Assembly (NCBI RefSeq): GCF_041886205.1
Contig: NZ_CP169029.1
DNA: 64,000 bases
Strand: one strand, 5' to 3'
DNA from: Escherichia coli
Lineage (GTDB): Bacteria; Pseudomonadota; Gammaproteobacteria; Enterobacterales; Enterobacteriaceae
Position 1 is the first letter of the stretch. Every line of letters starts with the position of its first letter. The position numbers and the translations under genes are program-made. Shown piece by piece: positions 59,366 through 64,000 of the stretch. Under the pieces are notes generated by a model. The model did not search any database, had not been told where the DNA came from, and worked only from the letters and a program-made list of their open reading frames with translations.

Positions 59366-61618
59366 ATGGCAAAAAACACATCTTGCGGTGTCCAACTGCG
59401 TATTCGAGGCAAAGTGCAGGGCGTCGGTTTTCGTCCGTTTGTCTGGCAGCTGGCACAGCAATTAAATCTTCACGGCGATGTCTGTAATGACGGCGATGGC
59501 GTAGAAGTCCGGCTGCTGGAAGACCCGGAAACGTTTCTTGTTCAATTGCATCAGCACTGCCCGCCGCTGGCGCGTATTGATAGCGTCGAGCGTGAGCCGT
59601 TTATCTGGTCACAACTGCCCACCGAGTTCACTATACGCCAGAGCACAGGCGGCACCATGAATACGCAAATTGTTCCCGATGCCGCTACTTGCCCTGCCTG
59701 TCTTGCCGAAATGAATACCCCAGGCGAGCGGCGTTATCGTTATCCGTTTATCAACTGTACTCACTGTGGTCCGCGTTTCACCATTATTCGCGCCATGCCT
59801 TACGACCGCCCGTTTACCGTAATGGCGGCGTTTCCGCTGTGTCCAGCCTGTGATAAAGAGTACCGCGACCCGCTCGATCGTCGCTTCCACGCCCAGCCGG
59901 TGGCCTGCCCGGAGTGTGGCCCGCATCTTGAATGGGTAAGTCATGGTGAACATGCAGAACAAGAGGCGGCATTACAGGCAGCTATCGCACAGTTAAAAAT
60001 GGGCAACATTGTCGCCATCAAAGGGATTGGCGGATTTCATCTTGCCTGCGATGCACGTAACAGTAACGCGGTGGCGACACTTCGGGCGCGCAAACATCGC
60101 CCGGCGAAACCGCTGGCGGTCATGTTGCCAGTGGCTGACGGTTTACCAGACGCTGCGCGCCAGTTGCTTACCACGCCCGCCGCGCCGATTGTGCTGGTGG
60201 ATAAAAAATACGTTCCTGAGCTTTGTGATGATATCGCCCCTGGCCTTAACGAAGTCGGCGTGATGTTGCCTGCGAACCCGCTCCAGCATTTGCTGTTACA
60301 GGAACTGCAATGCCCGCTGGTGATGACCTCCGGCAACCTGAGCGGTAAACCACCGGCTATCAGCAACGAACAGGCGCTGGCGGATTTGCAGGGCATTGCC
60401 GACGGATTCTTGATACATAACCGCGACATCGTGCAGCGGATGGATGATTCGGTGGTGCGCGAAAGCGGCGAAATGCTGCGCCGTTCGCGGGGGTATGTAC
60501 CGGATGCACTGGCTTTGCCTCCGGGCTTTAAAAATGTGCCGCCTGTGCTGTGTCTCGGCGCAGATCTGAAAAACACCTTCTGCCTGGTGCGCGGTGAACA
60601 AGCAGTGTTGAGTCAGCATCTGGGCGATTTAAGTGACGATGGCATCCAGATGCAGTGGCGCGAAGCGTTACGCCTGATGCAAAACATCTACGATTTCACT
60701 CCGCAATACATTGTGCATGACGTGCATCCGGGCTATGTCTCCAGCCAGTGGGCGAGCGAAATGAATCTGCCGACGCAAACGGTGCTGCATCATCATGCCC
60801 ACGCAGCGGCGTGTCTGGCAGAACATCAGTGGCCGCTGGATGGCGGTGATGTCATTGCTTTGACGCTCGATGGTATCGGTATGGGGGAGAACGGCGCTTT
60901 GTGGGGCGGCGAGTGCCTGCGGGTGAACTATCGCGAATGTGAGCACCTGGGCGGCTTGCCCGCGGTGGCGCTTCCGGGCGGCGATCTGTCTGCAAAACAG
61001 CCGTGGCGAAATTTGCTGGCGCAGTGCCTGCGCTTTGTGCCGGAGTGGCAGAATTACTCTGAAACGGCACGTGTGCAACAGCAAAACTGGAGCGTGCTGG
61101 CGCGGGCCATTGAGCGTGGAATTAACGCGCCGCTGGCGTCGTCGTGTGGGCGTTTGTTCGATGCAGTGGCGGCGGCACTGGGCTGTGCGCCAGCCACGTT
61201 AAGTTATGAAGGTGAAGCGGCTTGTGCTCTGGAGGCGCTCGCAGCCTCATGCCACGGAGTGACGCATACGGTGACAATGCCGCTGGTGGACAATCAACTG
61301 GATCTCGCCACTTTCTGGCAGCAGTGGCTGAACTGGCAGGCACCGGTTAATCAACGCGCGTGGGCGTTTCATGATGCGCTGGCGCAGGGTTTTGCCGCGT
61401 TGATGCGTGAGCAGGCCACGATGCGTGGTATCACTACGCTGGTATTTAGCGGTGGGGTTATTCATAACCGTTTGCTGCGTGCACGTCTGGCGCATTATCT
61501 CGCTGATTTCACATTGCTCTTTCCACAGAGTTTACCGGCGGGTGATGGCGGTTTGTCTCTGGGGCAGGGGGTTATTGCTGCGGCGCGTTGGTTAGCGGGT
61601 GAAGTCCAGAACGGATAA
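59366..61618 (+). CDS. hypF: [NiFe]-hydrogenase maturation carbamoyltransferase HypF
   Basis: Start at internal ATG 59366 ([27 protein letters not shown]...), 750 aa; acylphosphatase domain, two zinc fingers (CPACLAEM...CTHCGPRF), YrdC and Kae1-like domains. Confidence 0.95.
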   Translation: MAKNTSCGVQLRIRGKVQGVGFRPFVWQLAQQLNLHGDVCNDGDGVEVRLLEDPETFLVQLHQHCPPLARIDSVEREPFIWSQLPTEFTIRQSTGGTMNTQIVPDAATCPACLAEMNTPGERRYRYPFINCTHCGPRFTIIRAMPYDRPFTVMAAFPLCPACDKEYRDPLDRRFHAQPVACPECGPHLEWVSHGEHAEQEAALQAAIAQLKMGNIVAIKGIGGFHLACDARNSNAVATLRARKHRPAKPLAVMLPVADGLPDAARQLLTTPAAPIVLVDKKYVPELCDDIAPGLNEVGVMLPANPLQHLLLQELQCPLVMTSGNLSGKPPAISNEQALADLQGIADGFLIHNRDIVQRMDDSVVRESGEMLRRSRGYVPDALALPPGFKNVPPVLCLGADLKNTFCLVRGEQAVLSQHLGDLSDDGIQMQWREALRLMQNIYDFTPQYIVHDVHPGYVSSQWASEMNLPTQTVLHHHAHAAACLAEHQWPLDGGDVIALTLDGIGMGENGALWGGECLRVNYRECEHLGGLPAVALPGGDLSAKQPWRNLLAQCLRFVPEWQNYSETARVQQQNWSVLARAIERGINAPLASSCGRLFDAVAAALGCAPATLSYEGEAACALEALAASCHGVTHTVTMPLVDNQLDLATFWQQWLNWQAPVNQRAWAFHDALAQGFAALMREQATMRGITTLVFSGGVIHNRLLRARLAHYLADFTLLFPQSLPAGDGGLSLGQGVIAAARWLAGEVQNG

Positions 61619-61642
61619 AACGTGTTGCATTTGGACACCATT

Positions 61643-61724
<82 letters not shown>

Positions 61725-61745
61725 ATTTTAGGCACAGTAGCCCAC

Positions 61746-62879
61746 CTACATCGGCAATGTTTTCAACAATCCAAATGCCTCTTTCATCCGATCCTCACTG
61801 ACCACAAAGGCGCGAAGCTGGTCAGCATCGTCAACGCCGCGCGCCACCATTCCCTGGCGTTCGGTATTAATTTGCCAGCGTAAATCCTGACGCTGGGTTT
61901 CGCCTGCCAGATGCAGCGGTAATTCCGGCGTTTTGATTTTCACCAGCATCGCCGGGAGTTTCAGCGGCGTGTTATTGCCGAGAAGATTTTTTGCCAGCAC
62001 CATCGCGCTAAGTTGAATCGGCTGGAGGAACGGCAATACCTGACCGTTAATTTCCGCGCAATCGCCCAGCGCGTAAATATCGGTATTACTGGTTTGCAGA
62101 TAACTATCGACGCAAACGCCGCGATTAATCGTCAGCCCGGCGCGTCGTGCCAGGGCGGTTTCCGGGCGCAGTCCGGTGGCGGCAATTACCGCATCCACTT
62201 CGATGCTACGCTGGCGGTCCAGCGTTGCCAGAATGCCAGAATCCGTTTTTTCCAGCCCCTGTAACTGAGATTTCAACAGCAGATGAACGCCCATCTCCGT
62301 CAACCGATGCTGCAAGCGGCTGCTTACTTCCGGTGGCATTAACGACGCCAGAATACTGGCAGCGTTGTCGATTAGCGTGACCGCTTTGCCTGCACGACAA
62401 AAATCCATCGCCAGTTCGCTACCAATCAAACCACCGCCAACAATCAACACGCGTCGGGCATCCCGCAGTTGCGTTTCACAGGCGCGATACTCTTGCTGAC
62501 TATTTAACGTCAGCATTAACTCACGCCCAGGCACAGGCGGGACAAAGGCGCTGGCACCGGTTGCCAGCACTAACTTGTCGTATTGCCACTGATTATTCTG
62601 GCTTTTCACCACATGGGCTTCGGCATCGATATCCGTCACCCAGGTGTGCGGAAACAGGCGCAGATTAAACTGCCCGGCAAATTCACCCGCCGTCTGGCGG
62701 GTAAGGTCATCGGCACGTTGCCCCTGACTGATAACATGGCTGATGTCAGGTTTGTTGTACTCATCCATGCTGTCGGCGGCAATCAAGGTTAATGGAATAG
62801 TGGCGTCCTGTTTGCGAATATTTTTCACCAGTTGTCGGGCGGCGAAGCCCGAACCAATGATCACAATGCCGTTGCTCAT
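61746..62879 (-). CDS. norW: Nitric oxide reductase FlRd-NAD(+) reductase
   Basis: 377-aa [26 protein letters not shown]...; FAD/NAD(P)-binding Rossmann motifs (GSGFAA, GGGLIG). Confidence 0.95.
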   Translation of the reverse strand: MSNGIVIIGSGFAARQLVKNIRKQDATIPLTLIAADSMDEYNKPDISHVISQGQRADDLTRQTAGEFAGQFNLRLFPHTWVTDIDAEAHVVKSQNNQWQYDKLVLATGASAFVPPVPGRELMLTLNSQQEYRACETQLRDARRVLIVGGGLIGSELAMDFCRAGKAVTLIDNAASILASLMPPEVSSRLQHRLTEMGVHLLLKSQLQGLEKTDSGILATLDRQRSIEVDAVIAATGLRPETALARRAGLTINRGVCVDSYLQTSNTDIYALGDCAEINGQVLPFLQPIQLSAMVLAKNLLGNNTPLKLPAMLVKIKTPELPLHLAGETQRQDLRWQINTERQGMVARGVDDADQLRAFVVSEDRMKEAFGLLKTLPM

Positions 62880-64000
62880 TTTGCCTCCGATGCCAGTTCG
62901 TCAAAGACGTCTTTGCCGAGGGAGCATTCCGGGCAGAGGAAGTTATCCGGAACTTCACTCCACGGCGTTCCTGGCGCAACGTCCTGCATTGGCTCGCCTT
63001 TTGCCGGATCGTAAATCCACTGGCAGACGCTGCACTGCATCCGTGGGCCGAGGTCAGCCGTCGTGGTGGCAGAGGTTTCTTCTTTAACCACCGAATTCAC
63101 CGTGCTCTGCGGCAGCGGCGCGAGCGCCCACTGACGGGCGATTTCGCGACCGTGTTCACGGCATAACTCCAGAGCGTCCTGGTCTGGTCGCCATTTGGCT
63201 TTCAGGCTGAGCGACATTTCGAAACCCGCATCCTGCAGGCGCGTGGAAAGACGATCCACCGCACCGCCGCTCCAGCCGTGAGATCCGAAAGCACTGGCGC
63301 GTTTGTTACGGAAGCGTAATCCGGTCATCTCCTCCACCAGCCCGGCGATTTTCGGCATCATCACGTTATTCATCGTCGAAGTGCCGACCAGCACGCCTTT
63401 TGAGCGGAAGACATTGGTCAGGATTTCGTTTTTATCGCTTCGGGCGACGTTGAAAATTTTCACCGCCACGCGTGGGTCGGTTTCCGCAATTCCCTGGGCG
63501 ATAGCGTCAGCCATCATGCGGGTGTTATTCGACATGGTGTCGTAGAAAATGGTGATTCTGTCTTCCTGATAATCAGCCGCCCATTTCAGGTACAGCTCGA
63601 CAATTTGCGTCGGGTTATCGCGCCATACCACGCCGTGGGAAGTGGCTATCATATCGACTGGTAAGTTAAAGCCCAGGATCTCGGTAATTTTCGGCGTTAC
63701 CAGGCGGCTGAACGGCGTCAGGATATTGGCGTAGTAACGTTGGCACTGCTCGAAAAGCTCCGTCTGATCCACTTCATCGTTGAACAGATGCTCGTCGCAG
63801 TAGTGCTGACCGAAAGCATCGTTACTGAACAGCACCGCGTCGCCTGTCAGGTAAGTCATCATGCTGTCCGGCCAGTGCAGCATTGGTGTTTCGACAAAAA
63901 TGAGCTGTTTGCCGTTGCCGATATCCAGCGTGTCGCCAGTTTTCACCACATTAAAATTCCACTCCGGATGATGGTGATGACCATTTATCGAGTCGATAGC
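62876..64000 (-). CDS. norV: Anaerobic nitric oxide reductase flavorubredoxin, 5'-partial (N-terminus beyond window end)
   Basis: C-terminal flavodoxin and rubredoxin domains ([10 protein letters not shown]...CPECSLGKD); frame open to position 64000, so the start lies outside the window. Confidence 0.93.
   Translation of the reverse strand, partial: AIDSINGHHHHPEWNFNVVKTGDTLDIGNGKQLIFVETPMLHWPDSMMTYLTGDAVLFSNDAFGQHYCDEHLFNDEVDQTELFEQCQRYYANILTPFSRLVTPKITEILGFNLPVDMIATSHGVVWRDNPTQIVELYLKWAADYQEDRITIFYDTMSNNTRMMADAIAQGIAETDPRVAVKIFNVARSDKNEILTNVFRSKGVLVGTSTMNNVMMPKIAGLVEEMTGLRFRNKRASAFGSHGWSGGAVDRLSTRLQDAGFEMSLSLKAKWRPDQDALELCREHGREIARQWALAPLPQSTVNSVVKEETSATTTADLGPRMQCSVCQWIYDPAKGEPMQDVAPGTPWSEVPDNFLCPECSLGKDVFDELASEAK

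Overview
This window reads as an Escherichia coli-type chromosomal segment with core synteny pyrG-eno ... queE-queD-cysJIH ... iap-cysDNC-ygbE-ftsB-ispDF-truD-surE-pcm-nlpD-rpoS ... pphB-mutS-ygbA-fhlA-hypEDCBA / hycABCDEFGHI-ascBFG-hydN-hypF-norW-norV. All calls rest on reading the supplied ORF translations and the DNA by eye against remembered protein families; no database search was run. The lineage is not K-12-like in at least four places. (1) Between eno and queE sits an accessory carbohydrate island: an AT-rich operon (PTS IIC - uncharacterised 514-aa protein - PTS IIB - PTS IIA - RpiR regulator) plus a putative outer-membrane porin, bracketed by ~80-bp imperfect direct repeats, followed by a second module (RpiR/MurR-like regulator, PTS EIICB, NanE-like epimerase). 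(2) A type I-E CRISPR array with intact leader but no adjacent cas genes lies next to queE, followed by a 3' remnant of the ygcE sugar kinase abutting queD. (3) Between cysH and iap the cas operon is gone: only the 5' ~476 codons of cas3 remain, fused in frame to a residual 3-repeat CRISPR array, and a Hok/Gef-family toxin ORF sits in the cysH-cas3 spacer. (4) The rpoS-mutS interval carries a MarR regulator plus a UbiX/UbiD-type decarboxylase cluster. The strongest candidate for an undescribed system is the eno-proximal PTS operon, where an unassignable 514-aa protein occupies the slot normally held by a phospho-glycosidase. No IS elements, integrases, tRNA or rRNA genes were recognised.
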